A DNA stretch of 64,000 nt from Candidatus Omnitrophota bacterium (GTDB lineage Bacteria; Omnitrophota; Gorgyraeia; Tantalellales; Tantalellaceae): NCBI GenBank assembly GCA_041667545.1, contig JBAYES010000001.1, positions 5,928 through 69,927 on the forward strand, given 5' to 3'. The notes below the pieces were generated by a model. That model did no database searches. It had not been told where the DNA came from and saw nothing but the letters and a program-made list of their open reading frames with translations. Shown here piece after piece: positions 45,990 through 55,335 of this stretch (positions are counted from its first letter, which is position 1; every line of letters begins with the position of its first letter). The translations under genes and the position numbers were made by a program.

Positions 45990-48291
45990 AGGAACTTTTT
46001 ATTTTATAGCGTTATTTCTTACGGGGGTATGCTTAATATTCCACGAGATTTTATTTCTCAGAACCGCTTTTCTTAAAGCCGACTACCTTCAACAGCTTTT
46101 CCCATGGTCCGCGCTTTATTCCGACAGCATAAAAACTTTTAATCTGCCGATGTGGATAAGAGGCGTGCAATGCGGGTTTCCGCTATTTGCCGAGGGTCAG
46201 ACAGGGGTTTTGTATCCTTTTAACCTTATTTTCTTTCTTATTCTTCCCCTGAAAGCGGCTTACAATTATTCTTTCCTGTTCCACTTTGCGATCTGCGGAA
46301 TTTTCACTTTTTTCTTTGCCAGAAGAAAAGGTGCCGATGTCTGGGGCGGAGGGCTGGCCGCTTTGCTTATATGTTTCGGCAGCGCCTATGCCGGATGCTT
46401 TATACATCTTGCGTCGTTAAGGGCTCTTGCATGGTTCCCTCTGGTCCTCCTGTTATTTGACGAATATCTGAAAAAAAATAATCCGGGATCTTTCTTGTTG
46501 ATATCTATTGTCGCGGGGATGCAGCTTCTTGCGGGTTCAATGCAGATGTCCGCTTACGCATTTTTTTTCTATTTTTTATATTTCATCCATGGGACCAGGC
46601 AGGGGAAAAAGCCGTTGTTACGGTCCGTAGGGGTCTTTTTCATAGTTACAGCCCTTTCCTTGACTATAGCGCTTCCGCAGTTGTTAGCTACATATAAAAT
46701 GTCCGGGCTCTCTAACCGGATATCCTTAATGACTCCGGATTTTGCTTTATGGAATTCGCTCTCACCCGCGGCGCTTGTTGGATGTGTCATGCCCTATGTG
46801 GGAGAGCTCTTCGCCAGGGGAAACATAATATACATCAGCGTACTGGGACTTTTTTTTTCATGCGTGGCTATATGGCTTTCCAGGTCAGAAAGGCCGTTGA
46901 GGCCGCTTGTTGTAATGCTGATCTTCTCAATATTACTCGCATTGGGAAAATATAATCCTGTTTATACGGCATTGATCAAGGCCGCTAATTTTTATTCGTT
47001 CCGCGCTCCGTCAAGATTCATATTCTTCGGTATATTCTCTCTTGCTGTTCTCGCGGGCGCGGGGTTCACTTATTTAATGGAGAACAGGGAAAAGGTGCCC
47101 GGCCGCGTATATAACGGTTTTTTATGGATACTATCCGGTATACTGGGGGTATTTTTTACGGCAAAGGCTGTTCTAAGGATCTACGGAAGCAGAATATTGC
47201 AGCTGGCTTCTACCTATGTTAAGGACAACATATATGGAAAACCCTTTCACAGGTATGATCTCGAGACGTATATGGAAAGGACGGAAGGTTTTTATAGACA
47301 GCTTAAAAGCATATTTTCTTTTGAAAACCCTTATGTTATTATGACTTTGCTTGTCGTCTTGTGTTCTTTTTTATTCATCTACGCCCTCAAAAGGTCATAT
47401 AGGGGAAAGCTGTTTTTCAAGTACGCATCCCTTGTTTTTATATGTGCCGAGCTGGTCATTTTCAGCCGGTTTTCGAAAGGTCTGAAAGCCGAGATCGCCT
47501 CTTTTGAGTACATCGTTCCCAAAGAGCGGAGCGTGTTCAATGTCCTGAAAAACGACAATGAATTATACAGGATATGCCCCTTCGGGAGGTTCGAGACCCT
47601 GCCCGTATGGTTGAAGCCGAGCATGAACACGTATTACGGAATAGACAGTATCGCCATATACTCTCCGCTTGTAAATGCCGATTATTTTGATGTGATGAAG
47701 GGGACGGGCGTGGTGGATGATTCCATAGGTATTTTTCCGCCTGAAAAAGAAGTGCTGTATCAAAAATTATCAATTTTCAAAAAACTTAATGTGAAATATA
47801 TCGTTTCGACCGTTGAACTTGAGCATGATGAATTGGACTTTGTTTTATCGGATAAGGGTCTTCGTCTGTATGTTTTGAAAAATTATCTGCCCAGATGCTG
47901 GATATCATCCGATGTGAATGGGGCGAATGACGTTAAATCCGAGATACGAATGACCGAATATTCTTCAGGCAGGGCCGAAGTAAGCGCAGGGAGCAAGACC
48001 GGAGGATATTTGATCTTTTCCGAGAAATTCTATCCGGGATGGGAGGTCTACGTCAATGGGAAAAAGGAGGAAATGGTCAAAGCCTCCGGCATTTTGCAGG
48101 CAGTCAAGATTGCTCCGGGTAAACATGATGTCACGTTCAAATATGATCCCGAACACGTCGGGATATTGATCATGATATCAACGGCAGCATTTTTTTTGGT
48201 ACTTCTAATAGCGGTATTGTTTTTAACCTCAGGGAAATATAAACCAGGCCGTCTTTTTGCCGGCGGTAACTTCTACGCGGATCATGAATAA
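45979..48291 (+). CDS. YfhO-family membrane glycosyltransferase (GT-C)
   Basis: N-terminal ...ADYLQQLFPW...LPMWIRGVQCGFPLFAEGQTGVLYPFNLIFF matches the YfhO signature. About 780 aa with a large C-terminal soluble domain. The start is ambiguous among 45937, 45964 and 45979. Confidence 0.7.
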   Translation: MKSKGTFYFIALFLTGVCLIFHEILFLRTAFLKADYLQQLFPWSALYSDSIKTFNLPMWIRGVQCGFPLFAEGQTGVLYPFNLIFFLILPLKAAYNYSFLFHFAICGIFTFFFARRKGADVWGGGLAALLICFGSAYAGCFIHLASLRALAWFPLVLLLFDEYLKKNNPGSFLLISIVAGMQLLAGSMQMSAYAFFFYFLYFIHGTRQGKKPLLRSVGVFFIVTALSLTIALPQLLATYKMSGLSNRISLMTPDFALWNSLSPAALVGCVMPYVGELFARGNIIYISVLGLFFSCVAIWLSRSERPLRPLVVMLIFSILLALGKYNPVYTALIKAANFYSFRAPSRFIFFGIFSLAVLAGAGFTYLMENREKVPGRVYNGFLWILSGILGVFFTAKAVLRIYGSRILQLASTYVKDNIYGKPFHRYDLETYMERTEGFYRQLKSIFSFENPYVIMTLLVVLCSFLFIYALKRSYRGKLFFKYASLVFICAELVIFSRFSKGLKAEIASFEYIVPKERSVFNVLKNDNELYRICPFGRFETLPVWLKPSMNTYYGIDSIAIYSPLVNADYFDVMKGTGVVDDSIGIFPPEKEVLYQKLSIFKKLNVKYIVSTVELEHDELDFVLSDKGLRLYVLKNYLPRCWISSDVNGANDVKSEIRMTEYSSGRAEVSAGSKTGGYLIFSEKFYPGWEVYVNGKKEEMVKASGILQAVKIAPGKHDVTFKYDPEHVGILIMISTAAFFLVLLIAVLFLTSGKYKPGRLFAGGNFYADHE

Positions 48292-49942
48292 AAAACAAGT
48301 CTATATTCTGGCAGTCTTGCTTCTTTCGTTCTTTACCGTCCTGGCCGTAACGAGTGTCTGGCCGGGCAGGAAGTCCGCCACCGCGGATGAGTTGGCACAT
48401 CACATTCCGGTCGGATATGTCCTTCTTTCAAAGGGTGATCTCAAGATGGATCCTTCCCAGCCTCCTCTTGCCAGATATCTTGCGGCGCTTCCCCTGGTGA
48501 TTTTTATGGATCTTAGTATCCCTGACAATGAAGACCAGTGGCGCAGGGAAGACAGGTCCGAGTTCGGCAGGGATTTTTTTTACAAGTTCAATGACCATCC
48601 GGATAGGATGTTATTTTACTCAAGATGTTCTTTTATTGTCATCGGCCTGCTTTGCGGGATCATACTGTTTGTCATGGCAAGATCGTTTTATGGCGACAGG
48701 GCCGCTCTTTTCAGTCTTTTCCTTTACAGCTTTTCGCCTAACATCATCGCTCATACAAGGCTTTCTACGGTAGATATGACCGCGACATGTTTTATTCTGC
48801 TTTCGGTGTATACCTTTTGGAGATTTCTACGGAAACGATCTCTGAAAAATATAGTGATCGCGGGAGGATGTTTGGGGCTTGCTCAGCTTTCTAAATATAC
48901 TTCACTTTTGCTTTATCCGACATTCATCTTTCTCACGGCACTCGAGATCCCATCCGTTCCGGAAGGTGAGCGAGCGCGGCTATTCAAAAAACTGTTTGTC
49001 ATCTTTGCGTGTTCCATAATTTTATTGTGGGCAGGTTATGGCTTTGATTCTGATCCGATATTGAATGGAGCGATGAGAGTCCAGGAAAAACTCGGGATTG
49101 CGCATAGCTTTGCTCAGAAATTAATACCGTTCTGGAACGAAAATATGTCTCGAGTTTTGGACCATGTCTTGCTTAATGTGCCGGTTCCCCTCGGTACGCA
49201 TATGCAGGGTACACTGGGGGTTATGAGACACGGATATGAAGGCCATAGCGTTTATTTTCTCGGGCAGTGGTCGGGTAAAGGCAATCCACTGTATTTCGTT
49301 TTGTCCTTTATGGTAAAAACGCCCATTCCGTCCATCCTTTTTATCGTTGCAGGGTTTTTCCTGGTCTTTAAAAAGGGCATGCGCAGAAAAGAGAGATTTC
49401 TTCTGACGTTGATAGCGGTTATTTTCCTCACGGCATCTTTAAGTAAACTGCAGTTGGGACATAGGTACGTTTTGCCCATGTATCCATTCTGTTTTATACT
49501 GGCCGGCAGGAGCGCGGAGTTATGGAAGAAGCCTTACAAGATACCTATCAGCCTGCTTATGGTGTGGTATCTCGTCACCGCATTCTGGATATGGCCCGAT
49601 TATATCAGCTATTTCAATGAAACGATAGGCGGTCCGGCTAACGGATACAAATATCTGAGAGATTCGAATATCGATTGGGGGCAGGACCTCCCCGCGCTGG
49701 CGGAATACATGCGCGAGAACGACATGCAGGAAGTGAGGTTGATGTATTTCGGATCGGCTGAACCTTCCGAGCACGGCATCAGATACAAGCCATTGGAGGA
49801 GTCGGAAACCATATTTCCGGGATCGAACGTGTACGCCATAAGCGTTCATAAACTTGAAAGGGTAAAATGGGCCCGGTACCATGAGCCGGACGCGAAATTG
49901 GGGTATTCGATATTTGTCTATGATTTCAGAGAGGACGAATAG
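48284..49942 (+). CDS. GT-C glycosyltransferase, family 39/83-like (ArnT/PMT-type)
   Basis: Loop-1 motif ATADELAHHIPVGY after the first TM, about 11 TM helices and a C-terminal domain. Start taken at ATG 48284, an 8-nt overlap. Confidence 0.65.
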   Translation: MNKKQVYILAVLLLSFFTVLAVTSVWPGRKSATADELAHHIPVGYVLLSKGDLKMDPSQPPLARYLAALPLVIFMDLSIPDNEDQWRREDRSEFGRDFFYKFNDHPDRMLFYSRCSFIVIGLLCGIILFVMARSFYGDRAALFSLFLYSFSPNIIAHTRLSTVDMTATCFILLSVYTFWRFLRKRSLKNIVIAGGCLGLAQLSKYTSLLLYPTFIFLTALEIPSVPEGERARLFKKLFVIFACSIILLWAGYGFDSDPILNGAMRVQEKLGIAHSFAQKLIPFWNENMSRVLDHVLLNVPVPLGTHMQGTLGVMRHGYEGHSVYFLGQWSGKGNPLYFVLSFMVKTPIPSILFIVAGFFLVFKKGMRRKERFLLTLIAVIFLTASLSKLQLGHRYVLPMYPFCFILAGRSAELWKKPYKIPISLLMVWYLVTAFWIWPDYISYFNETIGGPANGYKYLRDSNIDWGQDLPALAEYMRENDMQEVRLMYFGSAEPSEHGIRYKPLEESETIFPGSNVYAISVHKLERVKWARYHEPDAKLGYSIFVYDFREDE

Positions 49943-49943
49943 A

Positions 49944-50693
49944 ATGAAAAGTGAAAAAGCCAGCCTGATAAGGCATTATAAGAATCTCTGGTTTTTCAAT
50001 TTTAACCGGTTGAAGGACAATAACTACAAGGACATGAGGGAATACCTTGCCGGGGTCTTTTTATCGGATATAGAAGAATTTATCCCTCTTACGGGGAAAA
50101 AAGTTCTGGATGTCGGCGGAGCCAGAGGAGAGCTGTGTAAGGTCATTAACGAGAAAAGGGGTTGTGAGGCCGTCAATCTTGATCCCACTCCTTACGAATA
50201 CGGGGAATATTCGAGTGATTTTATATGGAAAGACACCGTCGCGGGGGTTGCTGAGGATATGCCGTTCAAGGATAATGAATTCGACCTTGTAATTTGCAGG
50301 GGCGTGTTTGAACATATATTTCCTGAAAAACAGCAGATTTCGTTAGATGAAATGTTCAGGGTAACCAGGCCGGGCGGGTATTGTTACATAACTATACCCC
50401 CCTGGTATAATCCCTGTGCCGGACATGGATTGAAACCGTTTCATTACCTGCCGTTCAAGTTATCGAAATTCATGGCGCAAAAGGCCTACGGAAAAAAAAT
50501 AAAGGAAAATTCCTGGAGAGAAAGAAGGCTTTTCAGGATAACATTCAGAAGTATGCTGAAAATGATATCTTCAAGCGGATTTAAACTGGTGGAGACTGAA
50601 GATGTCCATTTCAGAATGCATGTACTTACCAAAATCCCCATTCTGCGAGATATTGCCGTTCCGGCTGTAGCCTTCATCCTTTCGAAAAGCTGA
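49944..50693 (+). CDS. class I SAM-dependent methyltransferase
   Basis: VLDVGGARGELC (motif I) and LVICRGVFEHIFPE (Methyltransf_11-like). Confidence 0.75.
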   Translation: MKSEKASLIRHYKNLWFFNFNRLKDNNYKDMREYLAGVFLSDIEEFIPLTGKKVLDVGGARGELCKVINEKRGCEAVNLDPTPYEYGEYSSDFIWKDTVAGVAEDMPFKDNEFDLVICRGVFEHIFPEKQQISLDEMFRVTRPGGYCYITIPPWYNPCAGHGLKPFHYLPFKLSKFMAQKAYGKKIKENSWRERRLFRITFRSMLKMISSSGFKLVETEDVHFRMHVLTKIPILRDIAVPAVAFILSKS

Positions 50694-50742
50694 TTAGTTT
50701 TAGCGCTGGTTTTAAAAAGGGTGGTTTTTACTTTGAGCACTC

Positions 50743-50778
50743 ATGGTACATAATGACAATTCATGACCAATGATGACT
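50743..50778 (+). promoter_or_regulatory. three phased ATGAC(A/C/T) direct repeats at 10-bp spacing upstream of the 50793 promoter
   Basis: ATGACA at 50753, ATGACC at 50763 and ATGACT at 50773. Confidence 0.5.
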
Positions 50779-50792
50779 ATTAAAAGTTTGTA

Positions 50793-50820
50793 TTGACAAT
50801 AGAGATTTTTGTCATATAAT
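50793..50820 (+). promoter_or_regulatory. consensus sigma70 promoter with an overlapping palindromic operator
   Basis: TTGACA (50793-50798), a 16-bp spacer, then TATAAT (50815-50820). The inverted repeat TGACAA-N9-TTGTCA spans the -35 box and the spacer. Confidence 0.7.
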
Positions 50821-50869
50821 AGCCGAGATATTCAGTTATGCTTGCACTTGCCAAACAATCGGAGGATGT

Positions 50870-51130
50870 ATGGAGATTAAGGCCAACGAAGTATATACCG
50901 CACAGGAAGCGCAAAAACTGCTAAAGGTAAGCCCGAGCACCACAATGCGTCTTATCAAGGGGGGGGTAATACGCGCCGCCAAGGTCGGAAAGCAGTATAG
51001 GATAATGGGAAAAGAACTTTTGCGTATCGTTTCGCCCCAGATCGAGGATAAAGTGGGCAAGATATACAACAAAGGCCGTCAGTGGGTCCATGAGGGCATT
51101 GATGACGATGAAACGTTAAAAAAGAGGTAA
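50870..51130 (+). CDS. small helix-turn-helix DNA-binding protein (excisionase/MerR-like HTH_17-type)
   Basis: YTAQEAQKLLKVSPSTTMRLIKGGVIRAAKVGKQYRI is an HTH pattern typical of excisionase-family DNA-binding domains. Confidence 0.5.
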   Translation: MEIKANEVYTAQEAQKLLKVSPSTTMRLIKGGVIRAAKVGKQYRIMGKELLRIVSPQIEDKVGKIYNKGRQWVHEGIDDDETLKKR

Positions 51131-51135
51131 AACTA

Positions 51136-51210
51136 TGGATCTGGCTGATCAGAAAGTTCTCGTAACCGGCGCCGATGGATTATCGCAAAAAATTGGATTG
51201 CGTAATTAAG
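51136..51210 (+). pseudogene. remnant of an NAD-dependent epimerase/dehydratase N-terminus
   Basis: Encodes MDLADQKVLVTGADGLSQKIGLRN then a stop. This is a degenerate KVLVTGAtGfiG Rossmann start truncated after 24 codons. Confidence 0.35.
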
Positions 51211-51398
51211 ACCTACAAAATGCTGTACAATAAGATATTTGAAGGGTAACGTCGGGTTTCACGGGAGGCGAACCTTAGCGTATCTGATGCCGAGAAAACG
51301 TTCAGTGGACATTGATGATATTCTTGATCACAGGTTCGCTGAAATGATAATGAAAGACGAAATCTAACCGCATGTAACCAAACAATGGGAGAGAAACA

Positions 51399-52379
51399 AT
51401 GAAAGATATTTTTAAGAATAAGGTCGTTCTTGTTACCGGAGGGACAGGATCGTTTGGGAGGAAGATCACAGAGATAGTATTAAGGAATTGTAATCCGAGA
51501 AAACTTATTATTTTTAGCCGTGATGAAATGAAACAATACGAAATGCACAAGGAGTTCGACAGCGATATTTTAAGATATTTCGTGGGAGATGTAAGGGATG
51601 TGGACAGATTAAAACGAGCCATGAAAGGGGTGGACATAATTGTTCACGCAGCGGCTTTAAAAATTGTGCCTACTGCTGAGTATAATCCATTTGAGGCGGT
51701 AAAGACCAACGTGATAGGCGCAGAGAACATAATTAATGTTGCCATTGACAATGGAGTTGAAAAGGTGGTCGCATTGAGTACTGATAAGGCCACAAACCCC
51801 ATAAATTTGTACGGAGCCACGAAGTTATGCTCGGAAAAAATGTTCATTGCCGCGAATAATTATTCTACGGAAAAGGGAACTCATTTCAGCGTTGTAAGGT
51901 ACGGTAATGTTTTTGGTTCAAGGGGAAGCGTCGCTCCTTTTTTCAAGAGATGCCGGGCCAAAGGAGTGGTTCCCATAACTGACGAAAGAATGACACGGTT
52001 CGGGATAACTTTAACGGATGGGGTTAAATTTGTCATGCAGAGTATTGCGGATATGCAGGGGGGGGAGATCTTTATTCCCAAAATACCAAGCATGAAAGTT
52101 ACGGATCTTGCCGAAGCTATCTGTCCTGGATGTAAAAAAGAAATAATAGGAATAAGAGCTGGAGAAAAATTGCATGAAGCTCTGGTTCCGGCAGATGATG
52201 GAATTCATACTTACGAATACGAGGACAGGTATATAACATATCCTTACGTTGTGACCTATGGAGAAAGGAAGGATGGTGGTCGCCCTCTGGGCCCGGAGTT
52301 TGAAGGCTATCGAAGTGACAATAATTCTTTATGGCTTAGTGTTGAGGATTTAAGAAAGATGTCGGAGGAATATGCTTGA
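51399..52379 (+). CDS. UDP-N-acetylglucosamine 4,6-dehydratase, PseB/FlaA1/CapD-like
   Basis: KNKVVLVTGGTGSFGRK N-terminus and 326-aa length typical of PseB. Confidence 0.8.
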   Translation: MKDIFKNKVVLVTGGTGSFGRKITEIVLRNCNPRKLIIFSRDEMKQYEMHKEFDSDILRYFVGDVRDVDRLKRAMKGVDIIVHAAALKIVPTAEYNPFEAVKTNVIGAENIINVAIDNGVEKVVALSTDKATNPINLYGATKLCSEKMFIAANNYSTEKGTHFSVVRYGNVFGSRGSVAPFFKRCRAKGVVPITDERMTRFGITLTDGVKFVMQSIADMQGGEIFIPKIPSMKVTDLAEAICPGCKKEIIGIRAGEKLHEALVPADDGIHTYEYEDRYITYPYVVTYGERKDGGRPLGPEFEGYRSDNNSLWLSVEDLRKMSEEYA

Positions 52380-53619
52380 CGTGAATATCCCCTACGGAAA
52401 ACAGAATATCAGCGGCAAGGATACAAAGTCAGTAGACGCTGTCCTTCGCTCAGATTGGATAACTCAAGGATCCAAGGTGGGCGAATTCGAGGCCTGCCTT
52501 GCCAGATATTGCAACTCTAAATTCGCGGTTGCTGTTTCCAGCGGTACCGCAGCTTTGCATTTGGCCTGCCTGGCCGCCGGCATAGGTAAAGGTGACGAAG
52601 CCATAACGAGCCCGATAACTTTTCTTGCCACTCCTAATTCCGTGCTCTATACCGGCGCGAAACCAGTATTTTCTGACATAGATTACGAAACAGTCAATAT
52701 AAGCCCAGTTGAAATATCTAAAAATCTGACCCGGAGAACGAGAGTCATTCTCCCGGTACATTTTGCAGGATTACCCTGTAAAATGCCTGAGATATCAAAG
52801 ATCGCCAGGAAAAACAAGTTGATTGTCATAGAAGACGGATGTCACGCGTTAGGGGCCGAGTATAAGCATGGGAAGGAGTTGGTAAAGGTCGGGAGCTGCA
52901 GACATTCGCATATGACTGTTTTTAGTTTTCATCCAGTGAAACACATAACAACGGGTGAGGGCGGAGCCATAACCACCAACAGCAAGGAGCTGTACAAAAA
53001 ATTGTGTATGTTAAGAACACACGGGGTTTACAGGGACCAGAAGATGGCGAGAGCGCGGGGGGGCTGGTATTATGAGATGAGGTCTCTCGGGTTTAACTAC
53101 AGAATAACCGATTTTCAGTGTTCTTTGGGTATTTCTCAGATGGGAAGGATCGACAGATTTCTCTCGGAAAGAAGGAAAATGGCGGATGTTTATGACAAGG
53201 AGTTTTCAGGTATGGGTGAAGTGATAAGAATTCCAAATCAACGGGTTGACAGTGAAAGGCATGCCTATCATCTTTACCTTTTAAGGTTGAATCCGGAATA
53301 TATATTTTTCAGCGGTTCACCGCGCTGTTCAGCTTTTTCAGTAGCTGACAATGGCCGTAAGGTCGGATTGGAAAGGAATAGAGTTATTGACGAACTTATA
53401 GAAAAAGGGATTCGCGCTCAAGTACACTACATTCCTGTATACAAGCAGCCTTACTATCGTGAAAACGGTTACGGGAGGGTTAACTGCATATCCTCGGAAA
53501 AATATTTCAATGAAACGATCTCACTACCCATATACCCTGGACTCAGCACCGATCAACAGGGGTATGTCATAAAGAACGTGAAGAAAGCATTATGTGCGGC
53601 GGCAAAAAAAAGCAGGTAA
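52372..53619 (+). CDS. DegT-family aminotransferase (PseC-like)
   Basis: PLP-aminotransferase pattern including ...VFSFHPVKHITTGEGG. Lies immediately after the PseB-like gene. Confidence 0.8.
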   Translation: MLDVNIPYGKQNISGKDTKSVDAVLRSDWITQGSKVGEFEACLARYCNSKFAVAVSSGTAALHLACLAAGIGKGDEAITSPITFLATPNSVLYTGAKPVFSDIDYETVNISPVEISKNLTRRTRVILPVHFAGLPCKMPEISKIARKNKLIVIEDGCHALGAEYKHGKELVKVGSCRHSHMTVFSFHPVKHITTGEGGAITTNSKELYKKLCMLRTHGVYRDQKMARARGGWYYEMRSLGFNYRITDFQCSLGISQMGRIDRFLSERRKMADVYDKEFSGMGEVIRIPNQRVDSERHAYHLYLLRLNPEYIFFSGSPRCSAFSVADNGRKVGLERNRVIDELIEKGIRAQVHYIPVYKQPYYRENGYGRVNCISSEKYFNETISLPIYPGLSTDQQGYVIKNVKKALCAAAKKSR

Positions 53620-54541
53620 TTTGAATATATCCAGGTTCACTTTGGGTACGGCTCAGTTGGGATTGGATTACGGTATAGCCAATATTAACGGCAAGCCGGA
53701 TATTGTTAAGGCTCTTGAGATTCTCAATGCTGCCGTTGGATGTGGTGTCACAAGCTTTGATACTTCCTATTCGTATGGCGAAAGCGAGGAGATTCTGGGT
53801 TCTTTTATCGCGAAAAGGGCGGGAAAGGGCGAGGGCCTGTCTATAATATCGAAACTTCCTAAGATACTTCTCGGTGTGAGCCCTGCTCCGCAGATTGTAT
53901 ATAAGGAAGTGAAAAAATATGTGACGGAGTCCATAAAAAGACTGAATGTAGACACGATATCGGTGTATTTGATGCATGATGCTTCGGACATATGCTCTTA
54001 CGAAGGGAATGTTCTTAAGAGCTTGACAAAAATAAGGGAAGAAGGGCTCATAGGAACGGTAGGAGCCTCTTTTTATTATCCGGACGATGCGGAGAGGGTT
54101 CTCGATGTGGACGATATAGGCGCAGTACAGGTCCCTGTTAATCTGATGGACCATAGATTCATCAGGAACGGACTTATGTCAAGATTATCCCGAAAGGGCA
54201 AGATCGTTTTTGCCAGAAGTGTATTCTTGCAGGGCTTGTTCTTCATGGACCATGAAGAACTATCTGAAAAAATGTGTCATGTGAAACCATATTTGCGCAA
54301 GGCCGTCAGCCTGGCAGGGGAACATAATCTTGGAATGGACGAACTGGCGATGGGGTTTGTGAATAGCATTCCGGGTATCTCATCTTTCGTAATAGGGGCA
54401 GATAATGCGACCCAGGTTCTGCGTAATAGTGAGCTGATCGATAATCCCCCGATGGACAGCCAGTTGTATGGCAAGATATCGGGGCATTTTGCATATGTTC
54501 CGGAAAAGGTGACAATACCTATTTTTTGGGGGAAGGAGTGA
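53594..54541 (+). CDS. aldo/keto reductase family oxidoreductase
   Basis: FTLGTAQLGLDYG N-terminus and D..Y..GESE AKR-like motifs. Confidence 0.65.
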   Translation: MRRQKKAGNLNISRFTLGTAQLGLDYGIANINGKPDIVKALEILNAAVGCGVTSFDTSYSYGESEEILGSFIAKRAGKGEGLSIISKLPKILLGVSPAPQIVYKEVKKYVTESIKRLNVDTISVYLMHDASDICSYEGNVLKSLTKIREEGLIGTVGASFYYPDDAERVLDVDDIGAVQVPVNLMDHRFIRNGLMSRLSRKGKIVFARSVFLQGLFFMDHEELSEKMCHVKPYLRKAVSLAGEHNLGMDELAMGFVNSIPGISSFVIGADNATQVLRNSELIDNPPMDSQLYGKISGHFAYVPEKVTIPIFWGKE

Positions 54542-54543
54542 AT

Positions 54544-55335
54544 ATGGGTATAAAAGAAATGTTCAGCCTTGAGGGTAAAGTCGCGATAGTTACAGGTGGA
54601 GCGGGCCACATAGGTTCGGCCATTAGTGAGATTTTAGCGACAGCAGGCGCTAAAGTGGTTATCGCCGGGTTAGATTCGGAAAAATCTAAAAAGAAGGCCG
54701 GAGAGATCATTAAAGAATGTGGCGAAGGATGTTCGGGAATAACAATGGATATTGCTTCTCCTCAAAAAGTAAGAAAAGCCATGAGAACAATAGCAGAGGA
54801 TTTCGGAGGGATAGATATCCTGGTTAATAACGCATATTTTGGAGGTCGCGGAAGTATCGAAGACATTTCCGACAAGAATTGGGAGAAGGGTATAGATGGG
54901 ACCATCAACTCTGTTTTTAGATGTTCGCAGTCTGTCATCCAACACATGGAAAAAAGAAAAGGCGGTTCGATAATTAACATATCGTCGATATATGGAATGG
55001 TTTCTCCGGACCCGTCAATATATGGAGGGACCGATTATCATAATCCTCCGAACTATGGCGCGGGAAAAGCCGCGATAATACAATTTACACGTTTTGGGGC
55101 GTGTCATCTGGCCGGAAAAAATATAAGAATGAATTGCGTTACTCCGGGGGCATTCCCGAACAAGGAAGTGCAAAAGGACGTAAAGTTCATATCAAAGCTT
55201 GAAAAAAAGATCCCTGCGGGCAGGATAGGATTACCCCGCGATATCAAGGGGGCTGTTCTATTTCTGGCATCAGAGGCGTCTTCATATGTCACAGGCGTTA
55301 ATTTAGTAGTAGATGGGGGGTGGACAGCTTGGTGA
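54544..55335 (+). CDS. SDR-family short-chain dehydrogenase/reductase
   Basis: VAIVTGGAGHIGSAI (TGxxxGxG), NNAY and YxxxK (YGAGKAA). Start at ATG 54544, after the previous stop. Confidence 0.8.
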   Translation: MGIKEMFSLEGKVAIVTGGAGHIGSAISEILATAGAKVVIAGLDSEKSKKKAGEIIKECGEGCSGITMDIASPQKVRKAMRTIAEDFGGIDILVNNAYFGGRGSIEDISDKNWEKGIDGTINSVFRCSQSVIQHMEKRKGGSIINISSIYGMVSPDPSIYGGTDYHNPPNYGAGKAAIIQFTRFGACHLAGKNIRMNCVTPGAFPNKEVQKDVKFISKLEKKIPAGRIGLPRDIKGAVLFLASEASSYVTGVNLVVDGGWTAW

